Below are positions 1 to 10,459 of a stretch of DNA of 64,000 nt, piece after piece. Every line of letters starts with the position of its first letter. Position 1 is the stretch's first letter. Position numbers and translations under genes: made by a program. The stretch is taken from NCBI GenBank assembly GCA_965222155.1, contig CBDCTH010000012.1, forward strand, positions 1 through 64,000, written 5' to 3'. The notes beneath the pieces are model-generated. The model was given only the letters and a program-made list of their open reading frames with translations. It was not told where the DNA came from and did not search any database. This DNA comes from Gammaproteobacteria bacterium. GTDB lineage: Bacteria; Pseudomonadota; Gammaproteobacteria; Eutrophobiales; Eutrophobiaceae.

Positions 1-358
1 CGATGTATTGTCAGAATTTGCCACTGGTCTCAAACAGGCGCAGGAAACGCTTGCGGCGACGACAAGAGTCCTGGCCCAGACGGCAGGAAGAGGGGAGCTG
101 ACGCGCTTCATGGCCAATTCATCCGTTTACCTGGACCTGCTCGGCCATGTCGTAATAGCCTGGATTTGGTTGAAACAGGCAATCGCCGTTCAGGCGGGAC
201 TCGCGGTCGCGGATTCTGCGGACAGGCAGTTCTATCAAGGCAAGATGCAGGCCTGCCGCTACTTCTTTCGCTGGGAATTGCCCAAGACGGAAGCGCAGGC
301 AAAACTGTTGTCCGGTCTGGATACGACCTGCCTGGATATGCCGGCAGAGGCATTTTAG
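1..358 (+). CDS. Acyl-CoA dehydrogenase, C-terminal part (5' truncated by window edge)
   Basis: YLDLLGHVVIAWIWL...FYQGKMQACRYFFRWELP matches the acyl-CoA dehydrogenase C-terminal extension; first gene of the ACAD cluster. Confidence 0.85.
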   Translation, partial: DVLSEFATGLKQAQETLAATTRVLAQTAGRGELTRFMANSSVYLDLLGHVVIAWIWLKQAIAVQAGLAVADSADRQFYQGKMQACRYFFRWELPKTEAQAKLLSGLDTTCLDMPAEAF

Positions 359-478
359 TCAGTCCATGGTTATTTGTATGTCGCTATTGTGGCAGTAGAC
401 ATGAGCGCGCATCATTATCCTGTCGTCGGGCTATAATGTCGTTTAATATCAGCATGATTACAGAGTGAGAGAACTCCT

Positions 479-1699
479 GTGGATTTCAGTTATTCGGAAA
501 AGGTACAGACACTACAAAATCAGCTCAATGATTTTATGGAGGACCGGGTTTATCCGGTCGAGCACGCCTACCGGGACGCACTGGCAAGCGCGGAAAACCC
601 CTGGATTACCCCCCCTGTCCTGGAGGAGCTGAAGCAAAGGGCGCGGGCAGCAGGACTCTGGAATTTGTTTTATCCCAAATTCCATGCCGGCGAAGACGCG
701 TTGACCAACCTGGAATATGCGCCCCTGGCGGAAATTATGGGCCGGGTCCCCTGGGCGGCTGAAGTGTTTAACTGCAATGCGCCCGATACCGGTAACATGG
801 AGACTCTGATACTGTACGGGACGGAACAGCAAAAAGAACGCTGGTTAAAACCCCTGCTGGCAGGCGAGATACGCTCAGGTTTTGCCATGACTGAACCGGA
901 CATCGCCTCCTCTGATGCAACCAATATCTCCTGTTCCATAGCTGGAGAGGGTAATGACTACGTTATCAACGGACGTAAGTGGTTCACCACCGGCGCCATG
1001 CGCGATAATTGTGAAATCCTGATCGTGATGGGCAAGACCGACCCCGATAACCCGGACCGCCACAAGCAGCAATCGATGATCCTGGTGCCGAGAAATACGC
1101 CGGGTGTGGAAGTGATTCGCCACATGCACAGTTTCGGTTATAACGATGCCCCGTTTGGTGAAGCGGAAATTCATTTCGACAACGTCAGGGTGCCGGCGGA
1201 AAACATTCTACTGGGAGAGGGGCGCGGTTTTGAGATCGCACAGGGGCGTCTCGGGCCGGGTCGCATCCACCACTGCATGCGTCTCGTCGGCTGCGCCCAG
1301 CGCGCCCTGGAACTGGCCTGCCGGCGGGTGGACGCGCGCGCCACCTTCGGTAAAAAAATCAGCCAGCACCAGTCGGTGCGTGAAGATATTGCCAGGGCCT
1401 ATTGCAAAATAGAGCAGGCGCGCCTGTTGACTCTGCTGGCCGCGGACAGGATGGATAAATACGGTAACAAGGTTGCCCGCGACCTCATTGCAGCGATTAA
1501 AATCACCGCGCCGATAATGGCATGTAAAGTCATTGATGACGCCATACAGATGCACGGCGCCGCCGGACTGACCGAGGATTTTTTCCTGGCGGAAGCCTAT
1601 AACTATGCAAGGCAGATCCGCCTGGCCGACGGGCCTGACCAGGTGCACATGATGTCCCTGGGCAAGCAGATCATTCAGCGTTATTCCTGTGCGACCTGA
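479..1699 (+). CDS. Acyl-CoA dehydrogenase (ACAD10/11-like)
   Basis: [55 protein letters not shown] motifs. Confidence 0.93.
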   Translation: MDFSYSEKVQTLQNQLNDFMEDRVYPVEHAYRDALASAENPWITPPVLEELKQRARAAGLWNLFYPKFHAGEDALTNLEYAPLAEIMGRVPWAAEVFNCNAPDTGNMETLILYGTEQQKERWLKPLLAGEIRSGFAMTEPDIASSDATNISCSIAGEGNDYVINGRKWFTTGAMRDNCEILIVMGKTDPDNPDRHKQQSMILVPRNTPGVEVIRHMHSFGYNDAPFGEAEIHFDNVRVPAENILLGEGRGFEIAQGRLGPGRIHHCMRLVGCAQRALELACRRVDARATFGKKISQHQSVREDIARAYCKIEQARLLTLLAADRMDKYGNKVARDLIAAIKITAPIMACKVIDDAIQMHGAAGLTEDFFLAEAYNYARQIRLADGPDQVHMMSLGKQIIQRYSCAT

Positions 1700-1774
1700 C
1701 CCCACTATTCGGAGACGGAATTCAATTCCGTCCCCTTGCGTCTCTGCCCACTGACTATGGGGTCAGGTCGCACA
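1688..1774. repeat. GGGGTCAG-type inverted repeat pair with inner GGGGAC-type hairpin
   Basis: tgtgcgacctgacccca (1688-1704) and tggggtcaggtcgcaca (1758-1774); inner ggagacggaattcaattccgtcccc; overlaps the upstream gene's stop codon. Confidence 0.85.
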
Positions 1775-1785
1775 TTGAACGCGGA

Positions 1786-2817
1786 ATGCCGGACAAATAT
1801 ACAGTGGAAACTTTTGACCTGGTAAAACTGAACTCCTATCTTGAGGCGCACGTTGACGGCTTTCGCGGGCTCAACAAGGCAGAGAAGTTTCCCGGCGGAC
1901 AATCGAACCCGACCTGGTTGTTAAGCGCTGCCAGTGGCCGCTATGTGTTGCGCAGCAAGCCGCTCGGCCGTCTGCTCAAATCGGCCCATGCCGTGGATCG
2001 CGAGTTCAGGGTGATTCAGGCATTGGAAAGTACCGACGTGCCGGTCGCCCGGGCACTGCACCTGTGTGCGGATGAGGACGTTATCGGCGCCATGTTTTAC
2101 CTGATGAGCTTTGTCGAGGGACGGATATTCTGGGACCCGGCGCTACCGGAACTCAGGAAAGCAGCGCGCGCCGGCTATTACCGCGAGCTTATCCGTGTCC
2201 TTGCCGCCATACACGGCGTCGATGTGAACGGCCTCGGCTTGACTGATTACGGCAGGCCGGGCAACTACTACGAGCGCCAGGTCAGCCGCTGGACAAAGCA
2301 ATATATTGCTGCCGAGACAACAAGGATTGAGCCCATGAATTCATTAATTGACTGGCTGCCTGTCAACCTGCCGGCAGATGACGGACAGAACGGCTTGATC
2401 CATGGAGATTACCGCCTCGATAATCTGATTTTCCACCCCCGTGAGGCACGTGTCCTGGCCGTCATTGACTGGGAACTCTCTACCCTGGGTCATCCTTTGG
2501 CGGACCTGGCCTATTTTTGCATGTGTTTGCGCCTTCCGGCTGAGGGAGACGTGAAAGGCCTGGCGGCGAGGGATCGCGCAACTCTGGGTGTACTGGAGGA
2601 GCAGGCAGTTATCGAACAATACTGCGAATTTCGCCGCATGGCGGCATTAGAAAACTGGCATTTCTACCTGGCCTTCAGCTATTTTCGCATGGCATCGATT
2701 TGCCAGGGCGTATACAAGCGCGGCCTGGACGGCAACGCTTCCAGCACGCGCGCACTGGAACTGGGTAAACTCGTTGAGCCAATGGCCGCGTCCGCGCTAG
2801 CATTGATTGACTCATAA
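1786..2817 (+). CDS. APH-family phosphotransferase (ACAD10/11 kinase-like)
   Basis: GGQSNPT, SAHAVDREFRV, HGDYRLDN, DWELSTLGHPLADL motifs. Confidence 0.92.
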   Translation: MPDKYTVETFDLVKLNSYLEAHVDGFRGLNKAEKFPGGQSNPTWLLSAASGRYVLRSKPLGRLLKSAHAVDREFRVIQALESTDVPVARALHLCADEDVIGAMFYLMSFVEGRIFWDPALPELRKAARAGYYRELIRVLAAIHGVDVNGLGLTDYGRPGNYYERQVSRWTKQYIAAETTRIEPMNSLIDWLPVNLPADDGQNGLIHGDYRLDNLIFHPREARVLAVIDWELSTLGHPLADLAYFCMCLRLPAEGDVKGLAARDRATLGVLEEQAVIEQYCEFRRMAALENWHFYLAFSYFRMASICQGVYKRGLDGNASSTRALELGKLVEPMAASALALIDS

Positions 2818-2853
2818 TAGAACAATATTTACGTCCACAGAACAGGTAAGCTC

Positions 2854-3615
2854 ATGACAACAGACTTATTCGACCTGAATGACAAAATAGCCCTGGTGAC
2901 CGGCGCCAGCCGCGGCATCGGCGCGGAGGCAGCCAGGTTGCTGGCTCAACAGGGCGCACATGTCATTATTTCCAGCCGCAAGCAGGAAGGCTGCGAGGAA
3001 GTGGCCCGGAGTATCCGGGATGAAGGCGGCCAGGCAACGGCCTACGCCTGTCACATCGGCAGGCTCGATCAGGTAGAGGCCATCTTCAATCACATACGGG
3101 AACGCCATGGGCGCCTGGATATACTGGTAAATAACGCGGCGGCGAATCCCTATTACGGCCACATCACTGAGACGGACCTGGGCGCATTCGATAAAACCGT
3201 TGAAGTCAATATACGCGGTTACTTCTTCATGTCCGTGAACGCGTGCCGTATGATGAAACAGAACGGTGGCGCCATTGTCAACGTGGCGTCCGTCGACGGA
3301 GTCAGGCCGGGGGCAAAACGAGGCATCTATTCCATTACCAAGGGCGCCATCATCCATATGACCAAGGCCTTTGCGCTGGAGTGCGGGCCGGACAATATAC
3401 GGGTGAATGCCGTGCTGCCTGGATTGACCGATACAAAATTTGCCGGCGCCCTGACCGGTGACGCGGAGATATTGAATTCCTGGTTAAAGCAAATGCCTTT
3501 GAGACGCTACGCCCAGCCGGGCGAAATGGCTGGCGCCATCCTGTTCCTGGCGTCTCCAGCCTCCAGCTTCGCCACCGGCAGTTGCATCGCCGTAGACGGG
3601 GGTTACCTTATCTGA
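2854..3615 (+). CDS. Short-chain dehydrogenase/reductase
   Basis: TGASRGIG, NNAA, YSITK catalytic motif. Confidence 0.93.
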   Translation: MTTDLFDLNDKIALVTGASRGIGAEAARLLAQQGAHVIISSRKQEGCEEVARSIRDEGGQATAYACHIGRLDQVEAIFNHIRERHGRLDILVNNAAANPYYGHITETDLGAFDKTVEVNIRGYFFMSVNACRMMKQNGGAIVNVASVDGVRPGAKRGIYSITKGAIIHMTKAFALECGPDNIRVNAVLPGLTDTKFAGALTGDAEILNSWLKQMPLRRYAQPGEMAGAILFLASPASSFATGSCIAVDGGYLI

Positions 3616-3710
3616 TGCAAACCCTGTGAATCCCGACCCGCCAGGACATGGCATAGCGTTAAACATAGCTATGGCTATTATGAGTACTGTACCAGGGGGA
3701 TATAAATATT

Positions 3711-3745
3711 TGCATAAATTGTAATTGTCACTTACAATTTATGCA
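3711..3745. promoter_or_regulatory. Perfect 14-bp inverted repeat (putative operator) abutting the start codon of the AAA+ gene
   Basis: tgcataaattgtaa-7 nt-ttacaatttatgca; the last base is the A of the ATG at 3745. Confidence 0.55.
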
Positions 3746-4932
3746 TGTCATATAAACCTCGAATACTGGAAACGCTGGTTCGCAGGCTGGTAAAAGATTA
3801 TCCTGTCGTGACCATCACCGGTCCGCGACAATCAGGCAAGACTACGTTTTGCCGCGCCTTGTTCCCCCGCAAACCGTATGTCTCGCTGGAACCGATTGAC
3901 CAGCGTGAATATGCTCGTGTTGATCCCCGTGGATTTCTCGCTGAATATCCTGAGGGTGTTGTCATCGATGAAATCCAGAATGCACCGGACCTGACCAGCT
4001 ATATACAAAGTATTGTTGATGATGATCCAGAACCGGGTCGTTATATTGTAACCGGGTCTCAACATTTCGGATTAACGCAAGCGGTTAATCAATCGCTCGC
4101 AGGCCGTACTGCAATCGTTCATCTGCTACCTTTAAGTCTTGATGAAGCGGCCGCATTCGGTGTGGGTGTCGATGATCTGTGGAAGGTGATATTCCGTGGG
4201 GGTTATCCGGGAATACATGAGCGTAAACTTGACCCCAGGCGCTGGTTGAGTAACTACCTGAGAACATATATAGAACGCGACGTGCGGCAGTTGTCGGATA
4301 TCGGAAACCTGGAGGCTTTTACCCGGTTCGTTACTCTGGCTGCAGGCCGTACTGCACAGGAGATCAATTTTTCCAGCCTGGGAGGGGATGTAGGCGCCTC
4401 TCACAATACCGTACGCGCCTGGATGTCGGTGTTGGAGGCAAGTTTTCTTATATTTCGTTTGCCGGCCTGGCATCCCAACCTGCGTAAACAATTGGTCAAA
4501 TCACCCAAGCTGCATTTTGTTGACAGCGGGCTTGTATGTCACCTGTTGGGTATTCGCAGCGCGGATGATCTGCGACACCATCCATTGCGTGGCGCAATCT
4601 TCGAGAGTTGGGTTGCCGCGGAAATTTACAAGCACCGGTTGCATCGCGGTGAGGATACGGGTATGTACCATTTCCGACAAAGCCGTGGTCTGGAGGTTGA
4701 CCTAATCATAACGGACAGTCAATCCCTTATCGCCTGTGAGGTAAAGTCCGCCGCAACCATTGACAGCAGTTTTTTAAGGCCGCTGAAACAATTCGATATA
4801 CTTCTGGAACGATTGACGAGACGCCCTCAAGTCAATAAACGAGTCGTTTTCGGCGGTGTCGGAGGGCAAAAACGTTCGGACGCCGATTGTCTCAGCTGGC
4901 GGGACCTACATGAACAAACGTGGCTGCTATAA
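3745..4932 (+). CDS. AAA+ ATPase with DUF4143 and C-terminal PD-(D/E)XK-like domain
   Basis: GPRQSGKTT Walker A, VIDEIQ Walker B, SLAGR, KSPKLHFVDSG, EVDLI...EVKS. Confidence 0.9.
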   Translation: MSYKPRILETLVRRLVKDYPVVTITGPRQSGKTTFCRALFPRKPYVSLEPIDQREYARVDPRGFLAEYPEGVVIDEIQNAPDLTSYIQSIVDDDPEPGRYIVTGSQHFGLTQAVNQSLAGRTAIVHLLPLSLDEAAAFGVGVDDLWKVIFRGGYPGIHERKLDPRRWLSNYLRTYIERDVRQLSDIGNLEAFTRFVTLAAGRTAQEINFSSLGGDVGASHNTVRAWMSVLEASFLIFRLPAWHPNLRKQLVKSPKLHFVDSGLVCHLLGIRSADDLRHHPLRGAIFESWVAAEIYKHRLHRGEDTGMYHFRQSRGLEVDLIITDSQSLIACEVKSAATIDSSFLRPLKQFDILLERLTRRPQVNKRVVFGGVGGQKRSDADCLSWRDLHEQTWLL

Positions 4933-5078
4933 CCTGATAAAATCCCTTGTATGGCAGCCGGGCTGCTCCCCACATGCCGGAATTCAATGATTTGATCTCC
5001 CCAGTCAGAATGACGCGGGAATTACAGGCGCGGTTGAATGCTGTGTTTTGACTGGCGCCGGTCGCGTCATATCAATAT

Positions 5079-5233
5079 CAGCAGTTCCCGCTAACTTTGT
5101 GTCTCAACCAGCCATTCTGGCCCGAATCGAGGTTATTGTGCGTAAATGGGGGGATATTTCTCTGGGATCGAGGGCGTCCCGCCCTCGGCGAGGGCAAGAT
5201 GCCCTCGATCCCGGAAGTTAGCGGGAACTGCTG
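5079..5233. mobile_element. 155-bp MITE with 19-bp terminal inverted repeats and 9-bp target-site duplication
   Basis: TIRs cagcagttcccgctaactt / aagttagcgggaactgctg; tatcaatat duplicated at 5070-5078 and 5234-5242; internal gagggc hairpin. Confidence 0.88.
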
Positions 5234-5320
5234 TATCAATATGAGTGCTGTTTCATTGTCGCGCGCATTTTTTCATCAGAGCAAACGCATACTTTTGAAT
5301 TCAGACGTTTTTACCCGATT

Positions 5321-5420
5321 CCGTCATTCTGGCGCAAGCCAGAATCCAGTGAATAACCCTTCATCACCCTGATCATGCGCTGTTGTTTGACTGGATGCTG
5401 GCATTCGCCAGCATGACGGG
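5321..5420. repeat. CGTC-family REP doublet (REPIN-like)
   Basis: cgtcattctggcgcaagccagaatccag ... ctggatgctggcattcgccagcatgacg in inverted orientation. Confidence 0.8.
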
Positions 5421-5817
5421 CGGCGTTTTCCGGTTGATTTCCTGTCTTCTGCAACAGAATCCAAAAGTATGCGTTTGCCCTGATTTTTTCATAATCAGGT
5501 ATGGACTCATGCTGTAGGAATGTGGTATAAATCCGCATCTTGACGCAATACTGCATTTGCGGATTGAGGAAAGGAATGGCAGTCCGTGTCTTCTTGAGGG
5601 TGATGCCCTGGAAATCCCTGTATTGAACTGCAAAGCGATTTGCCCGGCTTTGGCTTAAGTGGAGTATCGGCATTACCGGAGCATCAACCTGTCTCCCGGC
5701 CATCATGGAAGCTGGCGTTTGAAGCGCAGGTTTATCCAGGCATATCGCACTGGTTTCAATAAAGGAACCTCTGAACAAGTCAGAGTACCCAATAATTAAT
5801 ATCTGGAGAGATTAACT

Positions 5818-6996
5818 ATGCCCGGTCGAAACTTTCTACACATACCCGGTCCGACGATTGTGCCCCAGCGCATTCGCAATGCCATGGCAATAGAACAAGA
5901 GGATATGCGCGCGGCGGATTTCCCCGAGTTCACCCTGCCTTTATTTAATGACCTGAAAAAGATTTTTAATACGGAAACGGGGCGGATATTCATCTTTTCT
6001 TCTTCCGGTACGGGAGGATGGGAAGCCGCTATCAGCAATACCCTGTCACCAGGGGACAAGGTCTTGATGTCGCATTTCGGCCAGTTCAGCCTGCTCTGGG
6101 TGGACATGTGCCGGCGTCATGGCCTGGATGTCAACGCCCTGGAGATGGATTGGGGCGAGGGTGTGCCTGTGCACCGCTACGCTGAAATTCTGAAGGCCGA
6201 TAGCAACAAGGAAATCAAGGCCGTGTTTGCCACCCAGAATGAGACTGCGACAGGGGTAAAAAGCGATATTGCCGCAGTGCGCAAGGCGTTGGATGAGGCG
6301 GAACACCCGGCCCTGTTATTTGTCGACGCGGTCAGTTCCCTGGCCTGCCTGGATTTTCGTATGGATGAATGGGGTGTGGACCTGGCGGTCGCCGGGTCGC
6401 AGAAGGGGTTTATGCTGCCTACCGGGCTCGGCATAATCGGCGTCAGTGAAAAGGCTCTTGTCGCACGAGAGACCGCGACGCTGCCGCGTACTTATTTCTC
6501 CTTCGACGACATGATTGCGGCAAACGACAACGGTTTCTTCCCCTATACCCCCAATACCATCTATCTCAGAGGCTTACGGGAGTCCATCGACATGCTCACG
6601 GAGGAAGGCCTGGATAACGTCATTGCCCGCCATACCCGGCTTGCCACCGCAGTGCGCAAGGCGGTGGCGGCATGGGGTCTGTCCCTGGTTGCAAAAGAGG
6701 AGAAATGGTATTCCGACACGGTCAGTGCGGTGCGGGTGCCGCAGGGATTTGATGGCAATGCAGTGGCGCAGCACAGCTATAAATACTATAACGTCGCCCT
6801 GTCCATCAGCCTCGGCAAGATTGCCGGCCAGGCGTTTCGTATCGGACACCTGGGCGACCTGAATGAAGTGATGCTCCTGACTCCGCTTAACGCCGCAGAA
6901 ATGTCGATGAAAGACATGGGGATAGACATTGAGTTGGGCAGCGGTGTGGCTGCTGCGCAGGAATACCTGTGCAACACCCGACAGGCCAGGTTCTGA
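5818..6996 (+). CDS. sgaA: Serine-glyoxylate aminotransferase
   Basis: GRNFLHIPGPT, SSGTGGWEAA, NETATGV, GSQKG (PLP lysine), FRIGHLGDLNE; followed by mcl/mtk. Confidence 0.9.
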   Translation: MPGRNFLHIPGPTIVPQRIRNAMAIEQEDMRAADFPEFTLPLFNDLKKIFNTETGRIFIFSSSGTGGWEAAISNTLSPGDKVLMSHFGQFSLLWVDMCRRHGLDVNALEMDWGEGVPVHRYAEILKADSNKEIKAVFATQNETATGVKSDIAAVRKALDEAEHPALLFVDAVSSLACLDFRMDEWGVDLAVAGSQKGFMLPTGLGIIGVSEKALVARETATLPRTYFSFDDMIAANDNGFFPYTPNTIYLRGLRESIDMLTEEGLDNVIARHTRLATAVRKAVAAWGLSLVAKEEKWYSDTVSAVRVPQGFDGNAVAQHSYKYYNVALSISLGKIAGQAFRIGHLGDLNEVMLLTPLNAAEMSMKDMGIDIELGSGVAAAQEYLCNTRQARF

Positions 6997-7946
6997 TGAG
7001 CTTTACCCAATATGAACAGGCGCCGGCCCGGTTACAGCGCAGTGAGCTTGCCGTGCCCGGTTCCAACCCCGGCATGTTTGAAAAAGCGGCCCGTTCCGCC
7101 GCGGATTTCATCTTTCTGGATTGTGAAGATGCGGTCATACCCGAAGATAAACCCCGGGCCAGGAAAAACATCATCGAAGCGTTGAACGATGTCGACTGGC
7201 AGGGTAAAACCATGTCGGTGCGGATAAATGGTCTTGACACGCATTATATGTATCGCGATGTGGTGGATATCGTTGAGCAGGCCGGCGCCAGGCTCGATAC
7301 CGTGTTGATCCCCAAGGTGGGCACTGCTGCAGACGTGTACATGGTGGATTGTCTGTTGACCCAGATTGAGGATGCCATGGGTCTTGACAAGAGAATCGGC
7401 ATAGAGTGTTTGATTGAGACCGCACTGGGTGGAGCCAATGTCATGTCCATTGCGCAATCGTCTGCGCGCCTGGAAGCCTTGCACTTCGGGGTGGCGGATT
7501 ATGCCGCCAGCATGCGGGCGCGCACCGTGAACATCGGCGGTCTGAACCCCGACTACCAGTGTGACGGTGCATTGGCTGACCAGTGGCATGCCGCCCTGGT
7601 CAATATCGTGACTGCCTGCCGCGCCTACGGACTGCGCGCCATCGACGGGCCGTTCGGTGATTTCAATGATCCTGACGGTTACATTGCCGCGGCCAGGCGT
7701 GTGGCTGCGCTGGGCTATGAGGGCAAATGGGCGATCCATCCCAACCAGGTTGCATTGGCCAATGACATCATGTCGCCACCGGAAGCCGAGGTTACCCGCG
7801 CCCAGCGCATACTGGAAGCCTTGAAAGAGGCTGCCGAACAGGGAAAAGGTGCGGCGCAACTGGATGGAAAGATGATCGACGCCGCTTCGGAACGTATGGC
7901 TAGAAACGTTGTGCGCCAGGCAGAGCTTATCTCCGGGCGGGAGTAA
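6996..7946 (+). CDS. mcl: Malyl-CoA lyase
   Basis: RLQRSELAVPGS, RINGLDTHYMYRDVVD, LHFGVADYAAS, GKWAIHP; TGATG coupling with the sga stop. Confidence 0.92.
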   Translation: MSFTQYEQAPARLQRSELAVPGSNPGMFEKAARSAADFIFLDCEDAVIPEDKPRARKNIIEALNDVDWQGKTMSVRINGLDTHYMYRDVVDIVEQAGARLDTVLIPKVGTAADVYMVDCLLTQIEDAMGLDKRIGIECLIETALGGANVMSIAQSSARLEALHFGVADYAASMRARTVNIGGLNPDYQCDGALADQWHAALVNIVTACRAYGLRAIDGPFGDFNDPDGYIAAARRVAALGYEGKWAIHPNQVALANDIMSPPEAEVTRAQRILEALKEAAEQGKGAAQLDGKMIDAASERMARNVVRQAELISGRE

Positions 7947-7980
7947 GGCAGGTTTTTTACAGCCATAGAGGACTTTAATA

Positions 7981-8174
7981 GCCACAGAGAATACAGAGGA
8001 CTCAGAGAATACAGAGGTAGATTGTGCAGGCACCGTCATTCCAGCGAAAGCTGGAATCCAGTCAATAAGATTATTCCTTGTAATATGGAATAAGTTATCC
8101 ACTGGATTCCAGCTTTCGCTGGAATGCCGGGAATGCCGGGAATGTCGGGAATCGATCTCAGTGCTCTCTGTGGC
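7981..8174. repeat. Nested hairpins: outer GCCACAGAGA/TCTCTGTGGC pair enclosing a CGTC-REP doublet
   Basis: cgtcattccagcgaaagctggaatccagt (8034-8062), its inverted copy at 8101-8126, then ccgggaatg-type tandem units. Confidence 0.8.
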
Positions 8175-8217
8175 AAAAAGTAATGAATTTATTAAACATT
8201 TGATGAGGTAACACGTT

Positions 8218-9399
8218 GTGGAAATCCATGAATACCAGGCCAAAGATATACTGACGGATTTCGGTGTGCCCATACCCCGTGGCGGGTTGGCGTACAGTCC
8301 GGAACAGGCGGTATATCGTTCCCATGAAATCGGTGGTGATGCCTGGGTGGTCAAGGCCCAGATCCACTCGGGCGGACGCGGCAAAGCCGGCGGGATAAAA
8401 TTCTGCCGGGATGACGATGAAATCTGGGAAGCCGCGGATGAATTACTGGGCCGCAAGCTGATAACCAACCAGACCGGAAGCGCCGGCAAGATCATTCACA
8501 GACTGTACGTTGAGGAAGCCAGCGAAATCGCAAATGAGTATTACATCGGTTTTGTCCTGGACCGGCAGAAAGAAAGGATTGCCATCGTCGCCTCGTCGGA
8601 AGGCGGTATAGAGATCGAGGAGATAGCCCAGGAGAGACCTGAATCACTCATTCGCGTGACCGTTGAGCCGGCAGTGGGCATGCAACCCTTCCAGGCCAGG
8701 GAAATCGCCTTCAAGCTGGGCATTGATAAATCACTGATCAGCCAGGCCATTACCACGCTGCTGGGCTGTTACCGGGCGTTTCGCGACCTGGATGCGACCA
8801 TGGTGGAAATCAATCCGCTGGTAGTGACCGCAGACAACCACCTGCTGGCGCTGGATGCAAAAATGGGGTTTGATGATAATGCCTTGTTCCGACGCCCCAA
8901 TATTTCCGAGTTGCGGGACAAATCCCAGGAAGATCCCCGGGAAATGAAGGCGGCGGATCGCGGCCTCAGCTACGTTGGCCTGGCTGGGAATATCGGTTGT
9001 ATTATCAACGGCGCCGGACTCGCCATGGCCACCATGGACATGATCAAGCACGCCGGCGGCGAACCGGCCAATTTCCTGGATATAGGCGGTGGAGCCTCGC
9101 CCGATCGTGTGGCAAAAGCCATTAACCTGGTGCTCGCAGACAAGAATGTCAGGGCGATACTGGTCAATATCTTTGCCGGGATCAACCGCTGTGACTGGGT
9201 TGCCGAAGGGATAGTCCAGGCCGTGAGCAAGACTGACCTGACACTGCCTTTCGTAGTCAGGCTGTCAGGCACCAACGTGGAAGAGGGCAGGGAAATACTG
9301 CAGAACAGTAATTTGCCGATCATCATGGCGGATACCTTGCATGAGGCGGCGGATAAAGTGGTTGCCGCCTGGCAGGACTACGAACAAAACCAGGGCTAG
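8218..9399 (+). CDS. mtkA: Malate thiokinase (malate-CoA ligase) large/beta subunit
   Basis: SucC-like [24 protein letters not shown], with the MtkA-type [15 protein letters not shown]; next to mcl. Confidence 0.88.
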   Translation: MEIHEYQAKDILTDFGVPIPRGGLAYSPEQAVYRSHEIGGDAWVVKAQIHSGGRGKAGGIKFCRDDDEIWEAADELLGRKLITNQTGSAGKIIHRLYVEEASEIANEYYIGFVLDRQKERIAIVASSEGGIEIEEIAQERPESLIRVTVEPAVGMQPFQAREIAFKLGIDKSLISQAITTLLGCYRAFRDLDATMVEINPLVVTADNHLLALDAKMGFDDNALFRRPNISELRDKSQEDPREMKAADRGLSYVGLAGNIGCIINGAGLAMATMDMIKHAGGEPANFLDIGGGASPDRVAKAINLVLADKNVRAILVNIFAGINRCDWVAEGIVQAVSKTDLTLPFVVRLSGTNVEEGREILQNSNLPIIMADTLHEAADKVVAAWQDYEQNQG

Positions 9400-9409
9400 G
9401 AGAGCTATT

Positions 9410-10297
9410 ATGGCTATATTGATAAATAAAGATTCAAAAGTCATAGTCCAGGGCTTTACCGGCCAGATCGGTACTTACCATTCCCGGGATATGATCAATT
9501 ACGGAACTGATATTGTCGGTGGCGTAACCCCGGGTAAAGGCGGGACCATGCACCTGGATCGGCCTGTCTTTGACACGGTCAAGGACGCGGTGGCCGAGAC
9601 CGGCGCCGACAGCAGTATCATTTTTATTCCGCCGCCGTTTGCCGCCGACGGCATCATGGAGGCTGCGGACGCCGGTATAAAGTATTGTGTCTGCATTACC
9701 GACGGCATACCCGCGCACGACATGATACGGGTGAAACGCTATATGCGGCGTTACCGGGCGGAACACAAGCTGGTGTTAACGGGGCCCAACTGCGCCGGTA
9801 CAATCAGCCCCGGCAAGGCGATGCTGGGCATCATGCCGGGTCATATCTACATACCGGGCAATGTAGGTGTTATAGGCCGTTCCGGTACCCTGGGATATGA
9901 GGCCGCGTCGCAGATGAAGTCCATGGGGATAGGCGTATCCACCAGTGTCGGTATTGGCGGTGACCCTATCAACGGCAGTTCCTTCATGGATCACCTGATA
10001 CGGTTTGAACAGGACCCGGAGACCGATGCAGTAGTGATGATAGGTGAGATAGGCGGCCCGCAGGAAGCCGAAGCCGCCGAGTTCTACCGGGATAACATGA
10101 AAAAGCCGGTGATAGGGTACATCGCGGGTTTGACTGCGCCCAAGGGCAAACGCATGGGACACGCCGGCGCCATTATTTCTGCGTTCGGAGAGAGTGCGGC
10201 AGAAAAAGTGGAGATCCTGCAGGAGTGCGGCGTAACCATAGTATCGAAGCCATCCGAATTTGGGACAACCGTGAATTCGGTGCTGGCTTCACTGTAA
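9410..10297 (+). CDS. mtkB: Malate thiokinase small/alpha subunit
   Basis: SucD-like VQGFTG, GPNCAG, RSGTLGYEA, MGHAGA (phospho-His); follows mtkA. Confidence 0.86.
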   Translation: MAILINKDSKVIVQGFTGQIGTYHSRDMINYGTDIVGGVTPGKGGTMHLDRPVFDTVKDAVAETGADSSIIFIPPPFAADGIMEAADAGIKYCVCITDGIPAHDMIRVKRYMRRYRAEHKLVLTGPNCAGTISPGKAMLGIMPGHIYIPGNVGVIGRSGTLGYEAASQMKSMGIGVSTSVGIGGDPINGSSFMDHLIRFEQDPETDAVVMIGEIGGPQEAEAAEFYRDNMKKPVIGYIAGLTAPKGKRMGHAGAIISAFGESAAEKVEILQECGVTIVSKPSEFGTTVNSVLASL

Positions 10298-10313
10298 GTC
10301 ATTGGAGTATGAA

Positions 10314-10420
10314 AGCAGGTCAGTTGGCTTTTTCAAGACTGTCATCCGCAGGGATAGCGGATGGACCAAGCGTACAGGGATGTATTCACAGCGTGTCTTG
10401 AAAAAGCCAACTGACCTGCT
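10314..10420. mobile_element. ~107-bp MITE-like element with ~26-bp terminal inverted repeats
   Basis: agcaggtcagttggctttttcaagac ... gtcttgaaaaagccaactgacctgct; no clear target-site duplication. Confidence 0.75.
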
Positions 10421-10459
10421 CGATGTATCTACTATGTATACTGATTTAATGGTAATTAT

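Noticed and set aside
7032-8495. 487-aa minus-strand ORF and other long antisense ORFs (25365-26489, 17167-17991, 15236-15940)
   Set aside because: They shadow well-supported genes on the opposite strand, run through repeats and show no protein motifs
8218-10297. Succinyl-CoA synthetase sucCD
   Set aside because: The [11 protein letters not shown] variant and the mcl/sga/ppc context favour malate thiokinase
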